Part shown: positions 39,881 to 52,276 of the stretch, piece after piece
Layout of the letters: each line of letters starts with the position of its first letter
Position numbering within the stretch: the stretch's first letter is position 1
Source: Basidiobolus meristosporus CBS 931.73
Lineage: Eukaryota; Fungi; Basidiobolomycota
Assembly: GCA_002104905.1 (NCBI GenBank)
Contig: MCFE01000229.1
Span: 57,435 to 121,434, forward strand
Length of the DNA stretch: 64,000 nucleotides
Direction: 5' to 3'
Position numbers and translations under genes: made by a program
The notes under the pieces: model-generated
The model's database searches: none
What the model was told of the DNA's origin: nothing
What the model saw: the letters and a program-made list of their open reading frames with translations, nothing else

Positions 39881-42503
39881 ATGGATAATCGTAGGTTTTT
39901 CTACTATATTTATCGGTTACTTCTCTCAATTCAGCTCACATCGCTGCTGAGCTACACTCCTTTTTGTGAATGATACGTTATCTGCTTCAGGGCAAAAGTT
40001 AACTCACCTAAATTTAGCTTTTTCCAACCAAGCCAAACCTTCGGATCTTCAAGGCGCACGGGACATTTCACGCCCACGCGTCTTGCAGTATTATCCCAAG
40101 AACGGCTCGGAGGGAATGCCCTTCACGGTTGTGTTACAATTCTGCCCCAACGAACTTCTCAAACTAGGCTTCGGCACTCACATAGTCCAGGATACAAAGC
40201 AATGGAACGCACATGGCTACACAACGCTTAGCTGTATGATACCTGGCTTTTCTGCCACCAAGTGGTTTGAGAACAAAGTGCCAGTATGCATCCTAGCAGT
40301 GGATGGAGATACGGTGCTGGATAGCTGGTACTTCGGAGAGTATGTGTTCGCGCAGAGTAAGTGCAACCCAGTTCACATGAAGCAATCCCTGCCCAGCACT
40401 AATCCATAATGTACATGGCGAACTTTGCAGGTCTATTTTCCAACGAGAGTGACGGCCAACTGACTGGTATCATGAATGATCTGCAAGCTAAAGGTACCGT
40501 AGAGTGACGGTATAATTCTTCATCGTCACATGCTGACATTGCTATAAAATCAGGGGCACGTATCACCGGCTTGAAGAACGATGGGGAGGATCAATACAAC
40601 TTCTTAAACGGACAACCGGAGAGCATAGGCTTCGGTGCAAACCCGATCAGCCCTGACAGCTTCATCAAGATCCAGAATGGTACTATCTGGTTACGGAATC
40701 CACACAAGTCAGCGTTGGTGACTAATCATTATCGTGACAGATCACTTCAACATGGGCAACGCCCCCACAATGATGCATGTATATCATGACATGAATATCC
40801 CCACCAATATATCGAACACTGAGGATGCTCATTACACCCAGAACAATTTCCCTCAGTCAACTTTCTTCAACTCTAGCTTCAGGCGAGGCTCCGGAGTAGG
40901 TGTCGGAAGTGAGTTCGATATAAAAAGCGATGAGCATCCAAATCACGACGAGAATGAGCCTAACTTAAATAGCGAGGGATTAGGAAGCAGCTCTCCATCA
41001 GCACCCTCACTGCTGAACTACAACGGCTACTCGCCCGTATTGAAGAAAGCATCGTTGACATTCAAAGGGCACCTCGAGGAGATGACCAGGAACTGGTTGG
41101 TTCATGTTGTTGCCCAAATAGGTTGTGCGCGGAAAGTACTAATATGGTAATCTTTTGGATTGCAGGACCCCCGAAGAAAGCATGAGCAAACGCAGATTGG
41201 TTCAGTTCGGTCGTTCCCATCAGGATAATACTATTGAGTGTTCCTTTGAGGCGGTGGCGCCTGCAGACCTCCTACCTAACAGTATTGTCGTCTCGTGTAT
41301 ATATTGGGAACAGAAGAACGACTTCTATATTACTAGCGTGGATTGTATATATTTACTCGAGTCTTTGATTGCTGTCCGCTTCACAGTGGAGGAGAAAAAT
41401 CGCATACGTCGCAATCTAGAAGGATTCCGGCCATTGACCATCTCGAAATGCAAACAGGAATGCGCAGACTTCTTCAAATTAATAATGTCGTTTCCTAATC
41501 CCAAGCCGCGAAATATCGAAAAAGATGTGAAAGTTTTCCCCTGGAAAGTGCTGCCCGACGCGCTGAGAAAGATTGTTGGCAAATATGTAAGCCTCTTCAT
41601 TCCCATTCTCACGCTACCTTCCGTTTACTCAGCGTTTTCTGCAGACGGCTAGCTACAGTAGTACAGCTAGTGTAGACATCGACGCGTTCCACAACACCTT
41701 CCCTCCAACATCTACTCCAAAGAATCCCAATTCTAGGGCAAGTCTAGCCAACTACTCGTTCATCAGCCCGTCGATACAAGAGGCTCAGCGTATGTGTCGG
41801 GCATGGTTGCTTGTTTTACCACCATACTAGCAACTAATGATTACAATACAAATCTAGCTAACCTCGTGTCAAGCACCTCGTCCGCGAAGGTGGACCCAGT
41901 GTACTCATCTAGCACCGCATACCGTAAGCCCTGTTCTGTTTCCAAGACTACTCTCATCGTCTAATGGCAAATTCATACCAGCCCAACCACAGCTAGCCCA
42001 GCAAAGTGGAGCCCAAAGACGCCATCTTTATCTTAGGCGGCATTCTTTGGTGGACCCATATGCATTGCCATATAATCAGCCTCGCCGTCACTCCGTCACT
42101 GATGTTGAATCAATAAACCAACATGATTCAACCTCATTGATGAATTCCAGGGCCTCTATGAAAATACCGAGATATTCCTCCCAGTTTGCAGTTGCAGGTT
42201 CTGACCCGAACTCGCAGTTCATCAAACCCGATGCCGTGTTGGAGCTCTCAAGGTCATCTCTGCAGGATTCTCAAGATATCAGCCCATTGGCACTAACGCA
42301 GGTAAGCTCTCCAGTCACACCCTTTATGCCACATTGGCAAGCTTATGTAATGTATGATGATTCCTTCTCAGGAGTTTACCTATGGTGGCGGTTTACCGCA
42401 CTCCACAGTCCCCAACGTTAACCCAAGTTCGGATGGGTCTCAGCTTCATCGCCTAGGCATGAGCTTTACAAATTTCAATCATGACCGTTCAACCCGCTCC
42501 TAA
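39881..42503 (+). CDS. medA: MedA (medusa/ACON-3)-like developmental regulator, multi-exon
   Basis: Core at 41160-41590: WTPEE..KRRLVQF...IVVSCIYW...ITSVDCIYLLESL..RFTVEEKNRIRRNLEGFRPLTISK...FPNPKPRNIEKDVKVFPWK. The 5' and 3' exon boundaries are approximate. Confidence 0.88.
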
Positions 42504-43206
42504 TTGTGCTTGGGGGATTATCATCCCTGTTAAGCCCCAGCCTAGGCGCGAGTGCTTTTCGTGTAGGGCCTAACCATTCTTGAGGATATTTTTTATTCCA
42601 TTACAACCATTTTGGATCCTTTCGATATATTTGCACTTGAATTTTCTTTAATCTTTTATTTTCCTGACTTGGTATATTTTTGTACGTTCGTAAAGTGAGA
42701 TTTTCTTGTTTGTAAACCATGGCTTTGAATCTGTTGGTTGCTCGGAGGCTGTGTTTTGTTATATCAAGGATGTGCCATTGCAAGATTGTATTCTTGTCGG
42801 TTCTGGTTCATATAGGCCTCTTGAGGTTTGCATGATGCAGGTGCTCTTGGGTACTGGAGAGATTCTCAACAATACAAATTTATGATCTTTAGCATGCTAT
42901 ATGTCATCTCACTTTTGGACGTACTGCCACGACAATGGGGGAGAGGTTGCTACATATACCGGATTTCTTCAACAGACTTTATTCATTTAAAGTAAGCCCA
43001 ATTGTCTAAATCTATAGATAAATCAACAGCGCATTGGATATCAGGCAAAGGCCACCCACGGTGTCCACGAGTCAAGTCGGATGCACAAATCGCCGACTTG
43101 TAAGCTTAAAAATTAATTTAACGTATCTTTTCTGAATCTACAATATGACTACCAAGCAGTATGCTAGCCACAAGTTGTGAGCTGACAACCAAGTCTGAAG
43201 AAAGGA

Positions 43207-45194
43207 TTACTCCGTGTTTGGAGTATATAAATCGATGATGTCTTGGACGTTGCTGGACAATAGGAAACCAAGTGGTAGCGTATCCTCGTTCTCCGAATTG
43301 GAGCTTCTGTCCTTGGTATCGTTCTTCCATTTCAGCTGACCAGTGCTTGCTACCGTCCGGAGCCTTTTCGTGTTACGAGCGCCGAAATTACGGGGCAACG
43401 TACGGCTTCGCATGGTTAGAGCCGCCAGTGGCAAGTCGTCTTCTTTGGAGGGATTGATGATTCCAAGCGGCAAATTTTCCTCAAGGTCATCGGTTTCGTC
43501 CAGAACCACTTGGAGCCCTGATAGTGACTGGTCATTATTCCCGGGAATGATCTCGGTGAGCATGTCGCGTAGCTCATAAATCTTGCTACCCTGGCTTGAG
43601 CTGCTAGAGGAATAGCCGCCCAAGCGAGTTTGCGTAGGTGTTGGCCTCTGTTGCGTGCGCTTGCGAGTAAGCTTCTCTGAGGTAAGCGTATGCGAGGTGG
43701 GCTGTTTTATGTATCGACGGAACTCGTGAAAACTTTCGAACGACCTGGATCGACGCAGGACAAGTCGTTTCGTCAGTTCCATCTTGCCTTTCGCTTTTCC
43801 ACTATCATTTGGTTTTGGCTCTTGGTTCATCCTCTTCGACACCGATCTTCTGTAGCCTATGTTAGGCGTGGTCTTGGACCGTTGCAGATTCGTGCGTGGA
43901 GTTAGTGCTCTGCCCACGCTACTCGCTGAATCGTTGGGTCCCAGGGTAGAGCAGCCATCTTCGCTTCCTAGACTCTGAGAGTATTCAGACTCCGACTCAC
44001 TTGGCATCTGTAGATGTCTTGGCCGAGAGAAGCCTCGTGGTTGGAAGAAATCGGACTTGCTACGTCTCAAAGGCTTGGGACTGCCAAGAGCCGGCTCTAT
44101 TCTACTGGTATCCCTTCCGCTCTCCAACCATTTCTCAACCTTGGCGATCGAGGCGGGGTTTTCCGGAATCTCTAGGAACTTTGGGGGCGAGTTTGATGTG
44201 GCCCATCCCATCTCTAATATCACCGAGGTCCTCAACTCACTCCTGTTACGAGACTCGGAGCCGTTTTCGAACAACTCCTCCTCCTTCAGTTCAGCATCAT
44301 GCGGCCTGTAGAATGGTAGGGAACGTTCCAAACTTGCTCCCAGGTTTTCTTTACCCAACTTGGGAATCCCCGTGAATTTCTCACCAACCAGGTCGGGATT
44401 CAGCTTCTCGCCGATGACTGGATCATGCTTGTTAAAGTGAGACTGATTTTTACGCCGCCACCAAGAGGAGGTAGCCTTTGTGTCCGGGGATAGCATGGCT
44501 TCTTCAGTGTCATCAAAACAATCGCCGTTCTCCTTTCTTCTGTCACGCTTCCGCGGATGGTTGAACTTGTAAATAAAGAAGCCCACCAATAACAGCAATA
44601 TCACCAGACCTATGACCGCAGTGATAACGATGGGCCGGGAGAAGCTGCCGATCGAGCCAAGATTCCAAAGGTTGGCGCTCGCCTCAGCGTCGTTCGAGGG
44701 AAAGCACATTGATTGCCTCTCGCACCTTTCGCCACGAATGGAGGCGCCGATTATCGGGTCATAGGGAGTCCTGTCGCTGGGAACAAAAGCGGTGAACTTG
44801 GTGGAGAAGAGTTCTTGCCCAAGCTGCACGCATACGTAGTGGTTCCCAGATTGTCTCAAAACACAACTGGAGGGAATCTCCCGAAGAATGCTTCCACCCT
44901 GGAAATCGATGCTTGTTTGGTATTCTCTATTGTAATGGGCAATGTCAGATTGGTATGCTTGAATGGATATGTGATATGTGGATGGCTCATTTGTGGCCTT
45001 GGTGATCACGTTGTAACAGCAGACTACATTGCGTAGTAGAAATCGGAAAAATGTTAGCATGCCTGCCTACCTACCTACCTGTAACACGGTAAAGAGAACT
45101 TACATGACTCCGCCACTGCCGAGAGGCTTAGGATGATCAATGGCGAACACAAGTGTTGTGTGAACCGACGAAAATTCGAATGCCAAGAAAACAT
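43207..45194 (-). CDS. Orphan type-I single-pass membrane protein, ~635 aa
   Basis: Exon 45194-45104 encodes a signal-peptide-like MFSW...LIILSLSAVAES, and a phase-compatible GTAAGT..TAG intron spans 45103-45024. Then a Cys-containing ectodomain, TM PIVITAVIGLVILLLLVGFFIY and a long Ser/Arg-rich tail. Confidence 0.82.
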
Positions 45195-46055
45195 GCCGGT
45201 TGGTTGCAATGAAAGTGATGCGAACAGCAGTGCTCTACAGGGACCTTTGTTCTAACGCCAGTGAGAATAAATACAGTGGGGTCTCTGGAGATAAAAGAAT
45301 GGGACCCTTGGACAAAGTTCCTGCAACCGGATCCAGATGTTCAAGGTAAGGAAGCCTTTGGGGTGTCTGATGGATAGGAATGAGCAGGTAGTTGCGCGTG
45401 CTGATGGCAGTTGTTAAGAAACCCGGGTATTAGGGATACTTGGATGAATATATAGCATGCGATGGGAATGATGATGTAGAAGCAGGCAAAAATGTGGACA
45501 TGTATGCCGGTACCATACCAGGGTTCGGCAAATTCCAGGAATGCTGGGCAAGTGGAGAACACTACCTTGAATACCGATGTGCAGTGGAGGAGATTTCCAG
45601 TAATCCCAATTTAATTAGATCCTTCCTAGGTCACACCATTGTTCCCTCTCCTTATTGACTATGGCAATTAAGCATTATGGGGCACCCGTATCCCGCAAGA
45701 CCTATAACATCATTAGCATATATGCAGAACCAATCCTCCGGACGATTTCAGATCTATTCGGAATGTTTAGTGTTGGGCGTGTGGTGCCACGCTATCATTG
45801 GCACACACATGCTGTATGTATGTAAATCACAGCTCATGTTGGTCATACTCAATAGAAAATCTCCCGTTTCGGAAAAGGCGCTGAAATGTATATTCAGGAC
45901 ATGAGTACAATACTCAAAGGAAGTTTATTTCGGCCTAAACCGGGACCATTCCTTTTGCTGCTTCAAGCACACAACAATCATGGGGATCTGGCTTTCTCCA
46001 GTTGCCCACACATGTGCAAGAGATGCCAGTAGTGCCTTTCCATCTGCAGCCATGC

Positions 46056-48383
46056 TTAGAGACCTCCGTATACTATTTTCCCACCGACCACAGTTGCAGT
46101 GATCTTGGTGCCAGGTATTTTGTTGGGCTGAATCTTCATAATGTCTTTTTCAAAGACTACGAAGTCTGCCCGCTTCATGGGTGTAATGCTGCCCAGCTCA
46201 GACTCGGAAAACGAAGCGTAGGCTGCGTCGATAGTGAATCCTTTTAATGCTTGCTCTCTTGTAAGTTTCTGTTTAGGAAACCAGCCATTTGGTCCTTGTG
46301 GCTACTCGGAGGGCAAAAGGGTTACCAAAGAAATGGTGTGTCACTAATGGCCAGGCACTTACCGATGTTCCATCCAAATTATCACGCGTAATGGCTGCGT
46401 AGAAGTCTTGCAGAAAACTAGGCCATTCGACGGGAAAATCTGAGCCGAGTGGTAGAACTGGCACACTACTACAAATTTAGCAGGATGCTATGCAGAAAGG
46501 GCATTAGAAATGTACCTGGCATTGAGAAGCGATTGCCAGGCATAGGCCCCAAGAATTCTTTCTGGGCCTAATCGTTTTTCTGCAAACGCCATATCACTAG
46601 TAGCTGAGGAAATAGGAAGCATCAGTATCACCAAGAGTAGGGCCATAAACTGGTTTGGCCATACCATGTCGTGGCTGCACTGAAGGAATGATCCCTAGCT
46701 CCCCAACGCGTCGAATATCTTGCTCCGTCTACACAGCAAAAGCCATTAGAGCTGACCGAACAACCCAAGGGGATGCGCTTGTTTACCAGAATCTGGGCAT
46801 GCTCAATGCGGAGCCGGAATTTATCATTCCACCGGGAACCAATTGTCTCGTTTAAATTCCATCGTTTGCCCAAAGCTAGTTCATAAGCGTCGAGAACTAG
46901 CTTGTTTCCCAAATCACCAATTGCGTGTGTAGCGACCTGGAATCCTTTTTCAATCCACTTATCTACCGTCTGTGCTAGAAGGGTGACATCCGATCGTAGG
47001 ATCCCACGTGTGTTCTGGTTGTCTGTCAACATACTCGCTTAGGTACATGTGATTTAGAGGCATAGCAGTGGATGAAGCGCGAACCTGAATACGGCCTGAT
47101 TAACGCTGCACCCCAGCTCCCTAGCGCACCATCGATGAGCATTTTTACGCTGCGAACCTTGAGTTTTCCCTCTATTTCAAAAGCCTCGATATCGTCCCCA
47201 CAGAAGCTGTTCTCATGACAAAACACCATGACGTTACTACGAAGTGGCCAGTCACCAGTTTCGGCAATTCTGCAACACGGTGGATACGTTAGTTCGAATG
47301 CCGCTTGACCGTTGGCATCTGGAAGAATACAATGACATACCGTCTAAAGAATTTAATGGTACTAGGGCTAACCCCAGCATCATGTACTCCTGTGAATCCA
47401 ACCGAATGTAGAAATGAAGTGGCGTTTCTCACGGCGCTCAGGTTTTGTTCTTCAGTGTACGGTGGTTTCCTATCCACTGGAAGGGCCATGAGCCACACGT
47501 AAATAAACCATTGGCCGAACAAAAGACTTACGAACTAACTGTTGCGCATTATCAACAAAGACTCCTAGACCTGGTGACCTGATAACCTCTCCACCAGCCA
47601 CAGGGGCACTTTCATCAAAACCATTCTTCTTCATGATATCCAACACTGCGCCATTAACCCAGATCGCATGGCTGTCTACCCTGGTGAGAGAAATGGGTAT
47701 TTTAGCCAACTCTGGATCCTGATCTAAATCCTTCGCTGTTGGAAACTGGCCACCAGGCCAGTTGTTTTGGTTCCAGCTATGTCCAAGCAACCACGGCCCC
47801 TCCGGCTTGTATTCTACTGCGGATTTGGAAATGTGCTCTTTGAGTAGCTTACGAACATCTAGTAGATAGGTAAGATGGCATTCGAAACATATCTGAGAGT
47901 GGGGTGTGTTGTACCGTCAATGCTTTTTGCTGTAAGCAAGTTCACCTCGTTGAGAGTGTGGCCGAATTGCAAGAAGTGCTGGAGAAAACACAATAAGCAT
48001 GGTAATTGAGGTGAGATAGATCGTCTCTGCTGAAACCACCGACCCCATGAGCGTCCACAAGACCTGGAACGACCGTTCTCTTTCTCAGATTGACATACTG
48101 ATTTCCATGTTTCTTCCACTTCTTCAGAATATCATGGTTTCTTCCAACATCCACGAACCACCCATTCTTGACCACAAATGCTTGAGCGCTCGGAAGCTCA
48201 GTGTCAACCGTGTAGACGTTCCCATGATGATACACAGTAGCTCTTTCCCGAGTGCTGCGAAAGCAAAGGAGTCAATCAAGTGTCTACGGGATGGTTAGCA
48301 AGCACTTACATGATATGTTGCTCAGCACGGGCGTGAATCGCTAGTAGGAAGATTAACGATGAGCGCAGGTCTATCCATTTCAT
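46056..48383 (-). CDS. Amidohydrolase family 3 (YtcJ-like) metallohydrolase, multi-exon, with N-terminal hydrophobic leader
   Basis: Motifs HGNVYTV, VPGLVDAH, VKMLIDGALGSWGAAL, QVATHAIGD, RIEHAQ, LGSDFPVE and GWFPKQKLTREQALKGFT across GT..AG introns; stop at 46056-46058. Confidence 0.93.
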
Positions 48384-50699
48384 TTTGTTGTAGGCATTAG
48401 CATCGACCTTGCAAGCCTATATATACAGAGAGTGGAGTAACCATGATCCACTGATTCGTCATATCCGACTGCTAAATTAGCGAGCTATATTGCATGGAGG
48501 TAGAATGGCATAAATAATTGTCTGATTTCTGATTTCCAAGTCACGCCTTGCGTGACTGGGAAGCTCAGCAAATAGAACCTAGGGAACTTCTTGATCCCAA
48601 CCAATCCATATTACTTCCTATGATAACGTGATGTGCTAAATTCCCCAAACGTAAGCAGAGGACACGGTGAATGGCACTGATTCTCAACCATAGACTATAC
48701 AGGTTACACAGCCACCGTATTGTTAGCGATTCTTCACGACTGGGTAATAAGTAGAGTGGTGAAAGTTTAGAGCATCCAGGAGATGTGGGCTCGAAGGGTG
48801 AGAAAGTTCAGGATCTGCTTCCCCATGCTTTATGTACAAATCCAATCCTTGGAATTCACCAGGAATAGGGAGTAAAACCACACGGCCATGGCTCCATTTA
48901 AATAGCAGATATTGCCCAGTATATGGATCTTCTGGAGGGTATTCACACTAAGGATTTAATAGCCCCATGCTTGACTACTTTATTACATCGACCGATCATG
49001 TTGGTATTGGCTCCCATGAGTTCACCTGGATTGTAAGCATTCACTTATAGGAGTTATGGTGATTCAATAAAGCAAGCAATAACAGTAGGGCATGGATACA
49101 CCATTGGCAGTTTTAGTAAGTTCCCAAACAAGTAAATTTAGGCGTTTTCATAGACTGAATTGTCCACAAAGGATCTACCATTCAATTAGCAATAGGGCAG
49201 TTATGGCTGTAAAATCCAGCCATCGAGTTAATGGTGACTTGAAGGCACATATCGATATTTGAATCTGGGCCGAATCCACCAACTATCCTATATGAGCATT
49301 GATAACTACTTTCCTCGACACGCTTCAATACTAATACACAAGCGGGAGGGTTGATTAAAGAGCAGAGCGCACTATTGTGATATCCAGATTAAGCCAGATT
49401 TATAACCCTAGCATCATATCCATACATGCACTGAGCTAACCCTCTAATCATTGAGCTTAATCAACCCAAGAACCTGGGCTTTTTAGTCCTCAAGAATAAT
49501 ACGACTTTTGTTATACTTGGAAAGGTTGGCTTTCCATAATCAGGTACCAACAGCTACCATGTACAGGAAAATTCCTGGCATTACCAGGTTTGAGACATAA
49601 GAAACTATGCCTGGCGCTTCTAACCCTATCTATTCTTCATTGCTCGGCACACAGTATGATGCCTTAATCTTTGGTAATTGCCAAGGTTCTTGGCTAGGTA
49701 TATTGGCGGTGATTGAGAAGTATTTTTGGTATCTTTGAGCTGCCAGCTGGACATGCAGAAATGCTGCCTCCATGCGGCGAAAGTTGTACATCAGCTGGAA
49801 ACTTCAACGCAGGCCTAATATTATACAGTATTTCGTAGTGGTCTAAGACTCCTTTTGATGATCACTCATTAATCTACACAAATATTCCGTTGACTGTTGT
49901 AGATTGCTGTCTCAGTCATCTAAGCTATTCTATCTTGGCTAAAATTGCACATCGGTTAAAATCGGCTGTATCACTTCGGATAATCCCCCGATTTCCAAAC
50001 GGATCTAGTTGTATGATTCATCATAATTCGGGATGAAAGTACCCACGGTTCAATAAATACATACTTTCCCACGGACTGAATATATCATTGGATCCTCATC
50101 AAGAGTAGATCAAGAATGCCCGACCGTACATCTACATTTTTTCCTCATTTGCTCGGAACTGAAATTTCTATTTTCGAGCTCTCAGCTACTAGTTTGTCAC
50201 CACTCACACGCCTGTATACTGTTGAATCGAATAAGAATATAGGAAAGACTTGAATTGGAAGTTAACCAAGATATCGATTTTAAGAGACCACATGGGGTTC
50301 AGCCTTGAACCAATTCGTACACATCCCGTTTTCACATTGAACCCAATCTGATCAAATGTGGGAACCCAAGAAAATCCGGGTCAAGCTGTATATCTGAGGG
50401 CGCGGTTGTTGTTATCAAGGTCGGAAGTGGTTAGAAATTATTTGTAAAAATAGTACTTTGTGAATATGTGCTCTAGAGGAAGAACTGAGTATTACTGTTT
50501 GCCCAACAGCGCCTGGTGGTGTTGGCAGCTCATCTCACATCCTAAAAAGATAACCAAGTTTGCAGTGTGCTTAAGGCTAAAATATGCAATACTAACCCTA
50601 AAATTAATATATCAGCGAAACTGGCAGTCTCAGAAGCATAAGAGCTAGCCTAGGACACTGATGGTGTCTTATAAGTAATAGATAGGTGGTTAGCCTCAG

Positions 50700-51253
50700 A
50701 GATGGAAAATAACTTGAGTGCACCTACTTTGAAAATCAAATTTGACAAACAAACCATCTCAAGAAAGAAGAAGCTAGGCTGTGACACCAGTTACTTCTTT
50801 TAAGTAGCAAAGTGCAACTTATTGTTACAAATGAAAAATTCTAGCACCACCAAAATGACTGTGTGCTCAAATGGATACTCCTGAATCCAACATTAAAATC
50901 AGCAAAAAATGCTTTCTGAGCAGAGTGTAAGCCAGGCTGAAGCACCAATTGTATATTGGACCTGGCTATTAGTGGCTTGTTCAAAAGGATGAAAAATAAT
51001 CCAACTAAACCCCATTGAAGAGTAATAGTTAAAAATATACAGCCACTACCCCAAATATTAAAGTCAAGGACAGTACTACTTAGACAGAACTGTAGATGAT
51101 CTAAGACATTGGTTGAATTCTTTATGTCATATATTGCTTCTTGCCTGCTAGAGCAAAGCCCCACTTAATTCTAACTAAAAGATGGTCAAGTGTTAAAAGG
51201 TATAATTGTTGAAATGTGAGTGTTGTTTTCAAAGTTTGGTCAAGGATCAAGAC
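50700..51253 (+). pseudogene. Decayed CpG-poor sequence, probably a TE ORF relic, cut off at 51253
   Basis: A plus frame is protein-like but interrupted mostly by TGA stops, and it ends abruptly at TTAGGG (51254). Confidence 0.3.
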
Positions 51254-51322
51254 TTAGGGGGGGGGGAAGACAGTCACCCACAGGTGAGATATTTATCTCA
51301 GTTAAAACAAAGAGACCAGTGC
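51254..51322 (-). mobile_element. Telomere-type LINE 3' end, subfamily C (69 bp)
   Basis: Plus strand: TTAGGG(G)n-AAGACAG-TCACC-CACA-GGTGA-GATATTTAT; matches 51783-51845. Confidence 0.75.
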
Positions 51323-51780
51323 TTAGGGGGAGGAAAGTTGCCAAGTGGTAAAATCTTTATTCCCTTATGACAAGTATCTAAAGAAGCCAAGTTAATCTGA
51401 AGTTATTCCCAGAAAGTTAGGTCTGAGAGTTGAGAAGCTGAGTGGTAATGTATTTCCTAATTAGCTAGGTCTGAGAGAGGTTTCCTGTAAAGCTAGGCCT
51501 GAGAAGTGAGAATCTGAGTATATCTGAGGTAGGTTGTACTGGTTTGTGGTAGCTGAATTGTGGCCAGAATAACCAGTATACAGGGGGAGCTAAGGAGAAT
51601 TTCTGGGCAATTACTGGCCAAATCTACTAGGCAAATCTGACCAATTAGCATTTCAAGGATTTCAGTCAATCAGAGCCATTACTTGGCCCAATGGATGATC
51701 AAGCCATCTCGCAATCAGCACACATTAATATATTGATTGAATTTTGCTGGATCCAGGACTGGAACCCATAACCATAGGCA
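51323..51780 (-). mobile_element. Telomere-type LINE 3' fragment, subfamily B
   Basis: About 92% identical by my count to 63518-63765 over ~250 bp. The minus frame contains WVPVLD, as does the ORF2 C-terminus at ~55560. Confidence 0.8.
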
Positions 51781-51782
51781 TG

Positions 51783-52090
51783 GAGAGGGGAAGACAGTCA
51801 CTAAGAGGTGAAATCTTCATTTCAGTTGAAACAAAGAAGCCAGCACTACTGTTGTAGCTTTGATATCAGAGTGTGTAGCGGAGCAAACTTGTAGGTAAGT
51901 CAATAAGGAGAGATGATAGTAATTCAGTGCTCATGAAACTGTTGAATGGGAAGGGGGGTAGTAAGAGGAGTAAAAATGCTTTGTCAGCAACATTGATTAG
52001 GGATAAATGATAAGGATTGATATTCATCATAAGGGGAGTGTACTGCTTCAGATGTTGCTGCCAAAAAATCTGTCAAGTAATTCAGGTAGG
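51783..52090 (-). mobile_element. Telomere-type LINE 3' fragment, subfamily C
   Basis: The minus frame IFWQQHLKQYTPLMMNINPYHLSLINVADKAFLLLLLPPFPFNSFMSTEL aligns to ORF2 SMWQSYLQVHTPFLLHLIPGWVPVLDYIDQKHLQFVLPPKPLNFIFTPDEL. Confidence 0.8.
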
Positions 52091-52091
52091 A

Positions 52092-52224
52092 GGGTTAGGA
52101 GAGGGAAAGTTACCAAGCTGGTGAAATCTTTATTTGAGTCAAGAACTAATCTAAGTACAAATAAAGAAGCCAATTAAGAAGTCTAGAACTTCTCTAATAA
52201 GTAATCTAATTTATATTTTGTTTC
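52092..52224 (-). mobile_element. Telomere-type LINE 3' end, subfamily A (~130 bp)
   Basis: Near-copy of 55323-55458. Confidence 0.85.
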
Positions 52225-52276
52225 TTAGGGGGAGGAAAGTCACCAAGTGGTGAAATCTTTATTTACTTATGACAAG
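52225..52276 (-). mobile_element. Telomere-type LINE 3' end, subfamily B, interrupted by a gypsy LTR
   Basis: TTAGGGGGAGGAAAGTCACCAAGTGGTGAAATCTTTATTTACTTATGACAAG, essentially identical to 63518-63569, then TGTTG at 52277. Confidence 0.88.

Noticed and set aside
45440-45658. 72-aa ORF between the membrane-protein and amidohydrolase genes
   Set aside because: No recognisable motif or supporting gene structure.
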